DNA of 64,000 bases, taken from NCBI GenBank assembly GCA_009695045.1, contig SIBS01000001.1:106942-170941 (forward strand), read 5' to 3'. Source of the DNA: Candidatus Levyibacteriota bacterium. GTDB taxonomy: Bacteria; Patescibacteriota; Microgenomatia; Levybacterales; UBA12049. The notes beneath the pieces were generated by a model. It saw only the letters and a program-made list of their open reading frames with translations. It did not search any database and was not told where the DNA came from. The stretch's first letter is position 1. Every line of letters starts with the position of its first letter. Positions 51,022 to 59,731 of the stretch are shown one piece after another. A program made the translations under genes and the position numbers.

Positions 51022-51767
51022 TTCTTCTTACCTATAACAAATATTGTGTCTCTTAAGCTAGGAAATATTATCATTAATAAATAATTAATAATTTTGCCCA
51101 CATGAATTAATGGTGAATCAGGGATTAATTTTTCTCTAAAAGGAGTATAACTGATAGTTTTATTCGCTTCATAAATTTGCCATGATTCAGCAGTGATAAT
51201 GCTCATAAGCTCTGGTAATATATACTCCCTATTATGACGGTGATATCTATTGCCACCTTTTCCATTATCTTCTAAAAAAACACTGATTGGATACATTACG
51301 TTTTTACCAAATAACATCATTATTCTATTAATTGATCTCGTTATATTTGGAGTAGTTATCATAATAAATGCTCCCTTCTTAGATACCCTGTATATTTCTC
51401 GGAGTGATGGGATTGGCGATTGTGGCAAATGCTCAATAACTTCATTAAATAAAACTATGTCAAAAAAATTATTATTATATGGAAAATTTTCTTTTTCAAT
51501 ATTTATTATAGAAATATTTTTATTCGTAATTGGTTCATGCTGTGATGCAATTCCATAAACATTATGTCCTAATTCTTCTAGAGCCTTACCAATATGATAT
51601 GGAAAGCAACCAACATCTAGTATTCTTAATTTTTTTTCCTTAGCAATCGATTGCACTTTATTTAAAATGAATCTATATCTCACTTGATGAATTAAAAAAT
51701 AAGACGGGTCTTTTGATTTATTATTATCCTCTTTCAAAGAATTAAGAATCGCATCAATGTTTTTCAT
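51018..51767 (-). CDS. Class I SAM-dependent methyltransferase
   Basis: Motif I ILDVGCFPYHIG and a motif II acidic region (DIVLFNEVIEH). Confidence 0.55.
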   Translation of the reverse strand: MKNIDAILNSLKEDNNKSKDPSYFLIHQVRYRFILNKVQSIAKEKKLRILDVGCFPYHIGKALEELGHNVYGIASQHEPITNKNISIINIEKENFPYNNNFFDIVLFNEVIEHLPQSPIPSLREIYRVSKKGAFIMITTPNITRSINRIMMLFGKNVMYPISVFLEDNGKGGNRYHRHNREYILPELMSIITAESWQIYEANKTISYTPFREKLIPDSPLIHVGKIINYLLMIIFPSLRDTIFVIGKKN

Positions 51768-52842
51768 AAATAGGGGGTATTAGACATATTTTACCTGAAA
51801 TTATGCATGAAATATATGAATTAATTTCTATAAAATTATCTTCTCCCAATCTTGGTATCAATACCCATTGTCCATATTTAGAAATTGGCGGATTAATTAA
51901 GAGCCCATTATGCTTCTCATCGCTATAATCTATTACAAAACTTCTTATTTTTGCCTTTCTCATTTCATTTGCTAATTTAATAAAATCAGCAAACTCTGAT
52001 TGATCAATATCAGTATCTATGCTCTCTTTTATTAAACTATATAATCTAACTATCTTTGTTGGACTAAGAATTGTTTCACTCGAAAATATCTTATCTTTAA
52101 AAGCAGTAATTATTTTTAACTGACGATTGCTTCTGGCAAAATCTGACCCCTCTATGCCAATTGCATGCCTTGACCGTACATAAGTAAGTGCCATTGCTCC
52201 ATTCATATGCAAAATTCCCTTATTAAAATGTATCTTCTTGTATCGACAGGGAAATACATCTACTGGGGGTAATAATATTAAAAGATTTGTAGCTTCTTCC
52301 AAAGAATGATCGCAAAGATTTTCTCGATTTTCCTCAATTGGATATTCAAAATCATCAAAAGCATTTTCAATATTTACATCTAATCCACCAATTAAATCTA
52401 TTGCTTTTATAAAGCCATTGAAATCGATTCTTAACGAATAATCTATTTCTTGACCTATAACTCTTGAGACTACTGCTTTAGCAAATAATAATCCCCCATT
52501 TTTTTTCTCAGATTCTCCGATTGTATATGCTGTATTTATTTTTTGTTTTAAATCTGCAATCCATAAATCACGAGGGATAGACGCCAAAGTCGCAGTTTGA
52601 GTATCGCTATTTAAGCTTACAAAAATAATACTATCTGTGAGATTTGGGCCATCATGCACTCCACCTGCAGATCCAAGAAGTAGAATATTTACTTTATTCA
52701 TTGATTTTTTTAACACTATGTCCTCAGTGAATATAAGCTCATAAATTATGGGGAATAAATGCATATTCTTATTCAAGAATAAACCAATTGCAACAATCAC
52801 TACGATAATAATAATGAGAAATATTTTTCTAAGCATTTTCAA
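51754..52842 (-). CDS. LytR-CpsA-Psr (LCP) family phosphotransferase
   Basis: N-terminal TM, then LLLGSAGG..DGPNLTDSIIFVSLN, SIPRDLW, KINTAY and DLIGGLDV, all matching the LCP core. Confidence 0.75.
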   Translation of the reverse strand: MKMLRKIFLIIIIVVIVAIGLFLNKNMHLFPIIYELIFTEDIVLKKSMNKVNILLLGSAGGVHDGPNLTDSIIFVSLNSDTQTATLASIPRDLWIADLKQKINTAYTIGESEKKNGGLLFAKAVVSRVIGQEIDYSLRIDFNGFIKAIDLIGGLDVNIENAFDDFEYPIEENRENLCDHSLEEATNLLILLPPVDVFPCRYKKIHFNKGILHMNGAMALTYVRSRHAIGIEGSDFARSNRQLKIITAFKDKIFSSETILSPTKIVRLYSLIKESIDTDIDQSEFADFIKLANEMRKAKIRSFVIDYSDEKHNGLLINPPISKYGQWVLIPRLGEDNFIEINSYISCIISGKICLIPPIYEKH

Positions 52843-53488
52843 TCAATCTTCCAAATTCAAGAGGATCTAGGCTTGCCCTGCCTACTAGGGCACCATCTAT
52901 ATTAGCCATTGACGTAAAGCTATTAATATTGCCTGAAGTTACATTTCCTCCATAAATTGCATTGTGTGTGCCTGATTCAATTTTTATTGACTTTATAATC
53001 TTTTCTGCATTTTCAGGGGTATCTGCCTCTCCGGGACTAATTGATGAAGGCGGCTCGTAGGCAACAATATCTACGCTTCTTGGAATATTGACCACTTCTG
53101 GAACACAGTAAATTGAATTTATATTATTTTTTTTTGCTAATTCGATTTGCTGAAATATCATCTCGTCTGTTTCACCAAGCTGTCGTCTTTCTGAATGACC
53201 TACTATAACATAATCAGCAAATTCTTTTAATTGCCCTGCATTTACTTCTCCAGTAAATTTTCCAGAACTAAATGGAGAAATAGATTGTGCTCCCAGATTT
53301 ATAGGGAGTTGCAATTGATTTATTCTATCTTTAATTATTGGTAGAAAAATAAATGTCGGACAAAGAATAATATTTATATTTTTTGAGATAATAATATCTC
53401 TATATAAAGCCATTTTATTTAACCATTCTAATGCTTCAAATGTTCCCTTGTTTGACTTCCAATTAGCTACAATAAAAAGCTTTTTCAT
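52829..53488 (-). CDS. tpiA: Triosephosphate isomerase
   Basis: IVANWKSNKG, VIVGHSERR and the C-terminal GG...G loop motifs. The start is placed at the internal MKKLFIVANWK because the longer ORF overlaps the divergent helicase gene. Confidence 0.85.
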   Translation of the reverse strand: MKKLFIVANWKSNKGTFEALEWLNKMALYRDIIISKNINIILCPTFIFLPIIKDRINQLQLPINLGAQSISPFSSGKFTGEVNAGQLKEFADYVIVGHSERRQLGETDEMIFQQIELAKKNNINSIYCVPEVVNIPRSVDIVAYEPPSSISPGEADTPENAEKIIKSIKIESGTHNAIYGGNVTSGNINSFTSMANIDGALVGRASLDPLEFGRLIENA

Positions 53489-53534
53489 ATGATACAATTG
53501 CTCTACCGCAGGTGTAATGTAAATATTATACTCT

Positions 53535-55373
53535 ATGAATGAAGACTTGCTCAAGGACTTAAATGATCAACAACAAAAAGCGGTTAAGCAAATTGATGGC
53601 CCCATGGTTATCCTAGCAGGAGCTGGTAGTGGAAAAACAAGAGTAATTACATCCAAGGTTAGATACATGATTGAAAAAGGTATCGATCCTTCTTCTATTC
53701 TGTGTGTTACTTTCACAAATAAAGCAGCTATGGAAATGAAAGAACGACTTTCAAATTATTTTCAAAAAATTACACCAGGAGCAAGGCCTACAGTTGCTAC
53801 ATTTCATTCTATTTGTGCGAAGATATTACGCATTGATGGAGAACATATTGGCATCGATCCATCTTACGTTATATATAATGAACAAGATCAAATAGATGCA
53901 CTTAAAGATGCTATGAATAAATTAGGGATTTCTATAAAAGATTTCAAACCATCATCTATGTTATCTATCATCTCTCAAGCAAAAAATGAATTAATTACAC
54001 CCTCATCATATAGATCTATTGCGCAAGGATTATTTCAACAAACAGCTTCAAGTATATATTCTCTTTATCAAGTAATACTAAAAGAAAATAACGCATTAGA
54101 TTTTGATGATATTCTATTAAAAGCAGTTGCACTATTTAGGGAAAGCGCAGTTATATTAGAAAAATGGCAAAACAAGTTTCATTATATTTTAATTGATGAA
54201 TATCAAGACACCAATCATGCACAATATGTATTTACAAAATTTCTTGCTTCAAAGAGAAATAATATTTGCGTTGTAGGAGACTTCTCGCAAAGTATCTATA
54301 GTTGGAGAGGTGCTGACTTTAATAATCTTAAAAAGATTACTAAAGATTTCCATGATACAAATGAATTTTCTTTATCACAAAATTATCGCTCGACTCAAAA
54401 AATTCTTCAAGCAGCTTTTTCTGTTATCAACAGAAACACTTCTCATCCAATCTTAGAACTCTGGACAGATAATCAAGAAGGAGATGATATTCATATTCAT
54501 GAAGCGAAAAATGAACTTTCTGAAGCAGAGTTTATTATCACTCAGATTGAATCTCAGCGTTATCAAGGAAAAATTAATTATTCAGATATTGCTATACTTT
54601 ATCGAACAAACGCTCAATCACGTGTAATAGAAGAAGTGCTTCTTCATCACGGAATGCCATATATTTTAGTAGGTGGCACAAGATTTTATGACAGAAAAGA
54701 AATAAGAGATGTATTAGCTTATTTAAGAATGGTTCAAAATCCAAAAGACAATGTATCTAGAAAGCGTATTGAAAAGCTAGGAAAAGGTCGCTATCAAAAG
54801 TTTCTTATTTTTGAAGAATCATTTTCTTCAAAAAATAAATCAACTATAGAAATTCTTGATGAAGTTATAAAGAATACTGATTATTTAAAATTATATGATG
54901 AAAATAATGAAGAAGACAAAGACCGTTTAGAAAATATAAAAGAACTTAGATCAGTTGCAATTGAATTCTCTGAATTGCCAAACTTTTTAGAAAATGTTGC
55001 TCTTGTACAAAATACAAATATGCCAGATGATAAAGATGATGAAGAAAATAAAAATGCAATAACCCTCATGACACTTCATGCAGCAAAAGGATTAGAGTTT
55101 TCCATAGTTTTCATGATAGGAATGGAGGAGGGTCTTTTTCCCCATAATAGAGCATTGATGGATAAAAATGAATTAGAAGAAGAACGTCGACTCTGCTATG
55201 TTGGCATTACTCGAGCAATGAAAAAATTATATTTTACATATGCGCAAAGGAGACTATTTTTTGGTCATAGATCATCGAATACCGTATCGCGATTCATAAT
55301 GGAATTACCAGAAAATGTTATAGAAAAAAATCTTAACAAAATAGAACAAGAAAAAAGATATTTCTATGATTAG
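53535..55373 (+). CDS. UvrD/PcrA-type SF1 DNA helicase
   Basis: Walker A AGAGSGKT, motif II ILIDEYQDTN, motif III VGDFSQSIYSWRGA and motifs V and VI (VGITRAMKKL). Confidence 0.85.
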   Translation: MNEDLLKDLNDQQQKAVKQIDGPMVILAGAGSGKTRVITSKVRYMIEKGIDPSSILCVTFTNKAAMEMKERLSNYFQKITPGARPTVATFHSICAKILRIDGEHIGIDPSYVIYNEQDQIDALKDAMNKLGISIKDFKPSSMLSIISQAKNELITPSSYRSIAQGLFQQTASSIYSLYQVILKENNALDFDDILLKAVALFRESAVILEKWQNKFHYILIDEYQDTNHAQYVFTKFLASKRNNICVVGDFSQSIYSWRGADFNNLKKITKDFHDTNEFSLSQNYRSTQKILQAAFSVINRNTSHPILELWTDNQEGDDIHIHEAKNELSEAEFIITQIESQRYQGKINYSDIAILYRTNAQSRVIEEVLLHHGMPYILVGGTRFYDRKEIRDVLAYLRMVQNPKDNVSRKRIEKLGKGRYQKFLIFEESFSSKNKSTIEILDEVIKNTDYLKLYDENNEEDKDRLENIKELRSVAIEFSELPNFLENVALVQNTNMPDDKDDEENKNAITLMTLHAAKGLEFSIVFMIGMEEGLFPHNRALMDKNELEEERRLCYVGITRAMKKLYFTYAQRRLFFGHRSSNTVSRFIMELPENVIEKNLNKIEQEKRYFYD

Positions 55374-56412
55374 TAAGGATATAAACGATAATAAATTACA
55401 AAATAAACTTATTAATCATCCACTTCAATCATTTGAATGGGGTAAATTTAGAGAGAAAACTGGCCTAAAAGTAATACGTCGTTGCTTGTATAAAAACGGG
55501 GAGCCAATTTTTGCTTATCAATTAACAATTCATCCAATTCCCAGAATTGGCTGGAATATTGGATATCTTCCAAAAGGAAATTTTACAAATCAAGAATTAT
55601 TAGAAGATCTCAAGATTATAGGAAAAAGAGAGAATTGTATTTTTATCCAAATTGAACCAAATATTATACGTGGAAAAAATAAAGAAGAAGAAGAATTTGA
55701 AATACTATTAAAGGAAAACTCTAAATTAACTTTGTCTGCTCATCCATTATTTACTAAATTTTCATTTATATTAGACATTGTTCCAGGAGAAGATGAATTA
55801 CTTAAAAAAATGCATTCAAAAACACGATATAATATTAATTTATCCCAAAGAAAAGGTATTACAATCACAGAAGAAGTTTCTGATGATGCATTTAAAAAAT
55901 ATCTAAAGCTAATGGATGACACAACCACTAGGCAAAGCTTTTATTCGCATACGAGAGAGTATCATCAAACTCAATGGAATATACTTAAAAATCAGGACAA
56001 AGAAGTGAATGCCCTAAGATCACATTTATTTATTGCTTGGTATACAGATGAGAATAAAAATAAAATTCCTCTTGTTGCATGGATTTTATTTAAATTTAAA
56101 AATACACTTTACTATCCCTATGGAGCATCAAGCAGTATGCATCGCGAAACTATGGCATCAAATCTTATTATGTGGGAGGCGATTCTTTTTGGCAAAAAAA
56201 ATGGGTGCATTAATTTTGATATGTGGGGAGCGCTTGGGCCAACGCCAAATACAGAAGACCCATGGTATGGTTTTCATAAATTTAAAGAAGGATATGGCGG
56301 AGAATTAGTTGAATATATAGGAAGTTATGATTTTATTCTTAATGATATTTTTTATAAACTATATAAACTAGTAGATAAAATACGGTGGTTTATTTTAAAA
56401 ATTAAAAAATAA
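55366..56412 (+). CDS. FemAB-family peptidyltransferase (peptidoglycan interpeptide bridge formation, FemX-like)
   Basis: About 350 aa with the GNAT-like duplicated fold typical of FemABX, including the segment WEAILFGKKNGCINFDMWGA. Confidence 0.6.
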   Translation: MISKDINDNKLQNKLINHPLQSFEWGKFREKTGLKVIRRCLYKNGEPIFAYQLTIHPIPRIGWNIGYLPKGNFTNQELLEDLKIIGKRENCIFIQIEPNIIRGKNKEEEEFEILLKENSKLTLSAHPLFTKFSFILDIVPGEDELLKKMHSKTRYNINLSQRKGITITEEVSDDAFKKYLKLMDDTTTRQSFYSHTREYHQTQWNILKNQDKEVNALRSHLFIAWYTDENKNKIPLVAWILFKFKNTLYYPYGASSSMHRETMASNLIMWEAILFGKKNGCINFDMWGALGPTPNTEDPWYGFHKFKEGYGGELVEYIGSYDFILNDIFYKLYKLVDKIRWFILKIKK

Positions 56413-56413
56413 A

Positions 56414-58012
56414 ATGCAAAAAATATTAAATAGAATTGAAAAAATACATATACTTTATATTGTAATTTTTTTATTTTCACTTTCATTTATTTCATACGGA
56501 AATACTTTGGGAAACAGCCTCTTCTTCGATGATGAAGATTTTATTTATAAAAATATTTACGTTCAGAAATTTTCCATCGTAGATATATTTACTCACAATC
56601 TTATCGCTGGTGCAGGAAAAATAAGCAATTATTATCGTCCAGTATTATCCATCATATATTCTATTATTTATAGTATTTCCATGGACAATGGTATGCTTTA
56701 TCATCTTGCTGGAATCATTTTACATGCTGGTACTGGAACTGCTCTATTTTTATTATTAAAAAAAATGTTTTCATCTACTGGAATAGCGCTTATTTCATCG
56801 GTGATTTTTATTATCCATCCAATAAATACAGAGGCTGTAGCATATGCATCTGGAATAAATGATCCATTATCTTCTCTCTTTATGATTTCTACAATAATTA
56901 TTTCATTAGGCAACAATAAATACAAAAAAATTATCTCTGCATTTTTATTTACCATCGCACTTCTAAGCAGGGAGACTGCCATCATTACTCCAGCACTCAT
57001 ATTTATAATTTTTCTTTTCGAAACAAAATCTATAAAAGAAACATTTATAAAAACAAAAAGCATAATACCTCTTATAATTATCGCGCTATTATATTTTTTA
57101 CTAAGATTAACTATTCTTAATTTTCAGAATACTTTAAATTTTTTTCCTGTTGCAACGGCATATTCTACAAATATTATATTTAGAGTATTAACTTTTTTTT
57201 CTATTATTCCTGAATATATTGCACTTATTTTTTTTCCAAAGACATTAAACATTGAACGGGAAGTTCCAGTAGTAATTTCATATTTTTCCAAAATATCTTT
57301 TTTTATAATAATTATGCTTATTGGTATCTTTGATCTATGTCTAAAATATTTCAATAAATATCCCGTATTTCTTTTCTCTTTTTTATGGTTTTTTATAACT
57401 ATCTCGCCAACAATGGGAATCATTCCAATCAATGGAATAATGTATGAACATTTTCTATATTTATCATCGATTGGTATTTTTTTACCATTTTCTTTTTGTT
57501 TTATAACTGTTTTAAAAAAGATTTCAAATAAATCTGCCATTTTAATTACTTTCTTATTATTGATATTTTTAATTGGACTCATCATTAGAACTATTAATCG
57601 AAATAATGACTGGAATAATCCAATAACTTTCTATACACAAACTATAAAAATAAATTCAAATAGTGCAAGATTGCATAATAATTTAGCAATGGCTTTTGCA
57701 GAAAATAAACAAAATAAAGAAGCGATTAAGGAATATAAAGAAGCAATTAGAATAAATGATATCTATGCAGAGACACATTTCAACCTTGCTAATTCTTATG
57801 TGGGCATAAATGATTTGAAAAATGCTGAAGCAGAATATAAAAAAGCCCTAGAAATAAATCCTCTTTTTTTACGAGGATATACAAATCTTGTTTCACTTTA
57901 TAAATATCAAAAAAGGAATAAAGATAAAGAAGAAATAATAAAATATGTAAATAAAATAGCAGAAAAAAATAAAGAGATATTACCATTCATAAAGTATCTT
58001 AAGGGTTTATAA
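56414..58012 (+). CDS. GT-C-like polytopic membrane protein with C-terminal TPR repeats (TMTC/DUF1736-like putative O-mannosyltransferase)
   Basis: About 11 TMs. Loop-1 acidic motif FFDDEDFIY. C-terminal TPR repeats (AMAFAENKQNKEAIKEYKEAIRIND..., FNLANSYVGINDLKNAEAEYKKALEINP). Confidence 0.5.
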   Translation: MQKILNRIEKIHILYIVIFLFSLSFISYGNTLGNSLFFDDEDFIYKNIYVQKFSIVDIFTHNLIAGAGKISNYYRPVLSIIYSIIYSISMDNGMLYHLAGIILHAGTGTALFLLLKKMFSSTGIALISSVIFIIHPINTEAVAYASGINDPLSSLFMISTIIISLGNNKYKKIISAFLFTIALLSRETAIITPALIFIIFLFETKSIKETFIKTKSIIPLIIIALLYFLLRLTILNFQNTLNFFPVATAYSTNIIFRVLTFFSIIPEYIALIFFPKTLNIEREVPVVISYFSKISFFIIIMLIGIFDLCLKYFNKYPVFLFSFLWFFITISPTMGIIPINGIMYEHFLYLSSIGIFLPFSFCFITVLKKISNKSAILITFLLLIFLIGLIIRTINRNNDWNNPITFYTQTIKINSNSARLHNNLAMAFAENKQNKEAIKEYKEAIRINDIYAETHFNLANSYVGINDLKNAEAEYKKALEINPLFLRGYTNLVSLYKYQKRNKDKEEIIKYVNKIAEKNKEILPFIKYLKGL

Positions 58013-58205
58013 AATTCTCTGCCTTTATCAAAGTCAATAATTCAAATAAATCTATTAATTATATTTCTTTTTTTCAATTCTAATTAAATCTTTAAACATA
58101 CTATATATTAATAAAATTAAACGTAAATAACGCTTATGCATGACACAAATAAAAGATTAAGTAAGGTAGATTTTCATTAATTTTCGTGCTAAAATACAAC
58201 TATAT

Positions 58206-58280
58206 TCCGTGATAGCTCAACGGTAGAGCAGGTCGCTGTTAACGACAAGGTTCTAGGTTCGAATCCTAGTCGCGGAGCCA
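58206..58280 (+). tRNA. tRNA-Asn (anticodon GTT), CCA-encoded
   Basis: Manual fold: acceptor TCCGTGA/TCGCGGA (one G-U pair), D-stem GCTC/GAGC, anticodon loop CTGTTAA, T-arm CTAGG-TTCGAAT-CCTAG, discriminator G, then CCA. Confidence 0.85.
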
Positions 58281-59726
58281 GAGTTGATTATCTGCGTAAT
58301 TTAGTATTGTATCAAAGGGTTTTAGCCCGTCATATCGGACTAATTTACCTTCTACTCTAAGATTCGATAGTACGAGCTTGATTAACTGCCTTCTTTCCTC
58401 AACTTCCGAACTTTTGAAAAGCTCGTAAGCCCGATTTGACAGTTCTAACAGGTATTTAGCCGTGATGTAGTAGTTGTCTTCGGCTTCTTGTAGCATAGCA
58501 AGACGAGTATCAATATCTGCTATTTGCTCACGGAAGGACTGATAAAACTTGTCATACTCATCGTCAGTAATACGCCCTTTGAGCTTATCCAAGTAAAGAT
58601 TATCCATCATATTTGTAATAGTTGCGTGTTCTTTGGTTAATTTTTCGAATTGCTTATTGTGAAAGTCCATCTTGTCTTGGTGTACTGTGTTTAGGTTTTC
58701 AACTATTTGCTCCAAAACCCAATCGGGAAGCTGTAGACGCTTGAATACATTGCCTACCTGCTCGGTTATAGTGTCCTCTCGTAGCCACTGTGCCCCATGT
58801 TTGCCGTTGTATTGCGTACAATGGTAATAAATAATTCCCTTGTGCTTTTCAGGAGTTATAGAAAGCCCACAATGCCCGCATCTTAGTAATCCTCGGTACA
58901 TATAAGATAAGCCTGCAAACTTATATCTCTTTTTATTAAACCCTGCTTTTATTTTTTGAACTTGGTCAAATAAGGCTTTGGTAATAATAGGTGGGTATTT
59001 GTGAGGATATAACTTTTTATTCCATACCATCATGCCATAGTAAAACGGGTCTTTGAGGTATTTATCGGTAAGACCATGAGACCAATCAACTCCATATTCT
59101 TCTTTTAACTTCTTGCGTAATAAATCCATTGAAAAACTGCCCGTTGCATACCATTCGTAGGCTTTTTGGATTATGCGAGAGGCAAGCTCGTCAACTACTA
59201 TTTCAGTTTTGTCCTTGCTTATAGGAACTCGTTTATATCCATACGAGGGCTTGCTGGGATATGTACCCATTCTTAGCATTTGTTCTTGTGCCCTTTTTAC
59301 ATTGTCGCTAATAGCGTCAGAGTAGTATTTTGCAAGACCAAGGCTAATACTGAAATTAAACTTTTCAACTGCGGATAACTGGCTATTGATAACTTGTCCG
59401 TCTGATACAAAGTGAAGTTCTACCTCATCTTTTAGGGCTTTATCGTATAGCGTAGAAACCCGTTTATCAAAAATGTTACGGGATAATCTATCTACCTTGT
59501 CAAAGCAAACTGCTATTTTTTCTTTTTGGTCAAGAACAAAATCAAGGATACTGTCAAAATCACTACGCTGGGTTTTATATGCACTTTCATCAAAACTAAA
59601 CTCTTTAAGTATTTCAAAGTTTTTATTTTGACCATACTTCTTCATTCTAGCCAATTGAGCAGGTAGCGAGTTATTGGCTTCTTTTTGTTCTTCTGTTGAT
59701 ACCCTAGCTATTATTATTGCTTTCAT
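58266..59726 (-). CDS. Large serine recombinase (resolvase/invertase-type N-terminal catalytic domain, recombinase domain, zinc ribbon)
   Basis: N-terminal AIIIARVSTEEQ (catalytic Ser) and DRLSR. A C-terminal Cys cluster (LRCGHCG...YYHCTQY) and a coiled coil. The stop codon lies inside the tRNA-Asn 3' end (15-nt overlap). Confidence 0.85.
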   Translation of the reverse strand: MKAIIIARVSTEEQKEANNSLPAQLARMKKYGQNKNFEILKEFSFDESAYKTQRSDFDSILDFVLDQKEKIAVCFDKVDRLSRNIFDKRVSTLYDKALKDEVELHFVSDGQVINSQLSAVEKFNFSISLGLAKYYSDAISDNVKRAQEQMLRMGTYPSKPSYGYKRVPISKDKTEIVVDELASRIIQKAYEWYATGSFSMDLLRKKLKEEYGVDWSHGLTDKYLKDPFYYGMMVWNKKLYPHKYPPIITKALFDQVQKIKAGFNKKRYKFAGLSYMYRGLLRCGHCGLSITPEKHKGIIYYHCTQYNGKHGAQWLREDTITEQVGNVFKRLQLPDWVLEQIVENLNTVHQDKMDFHNKQFEKLTKEHATITNMMDNLYLDKLKGRITDDEYDKFYQSFREQIADIDTRLAMLQEAEDNYYITAKYLLELSNRAYELFKSSEVEERRQLIKLVLSNLRVEGKLVRYDGLKPFDTILNYADNQLWLRD

Positions 59727-59731
59727 TTTTA

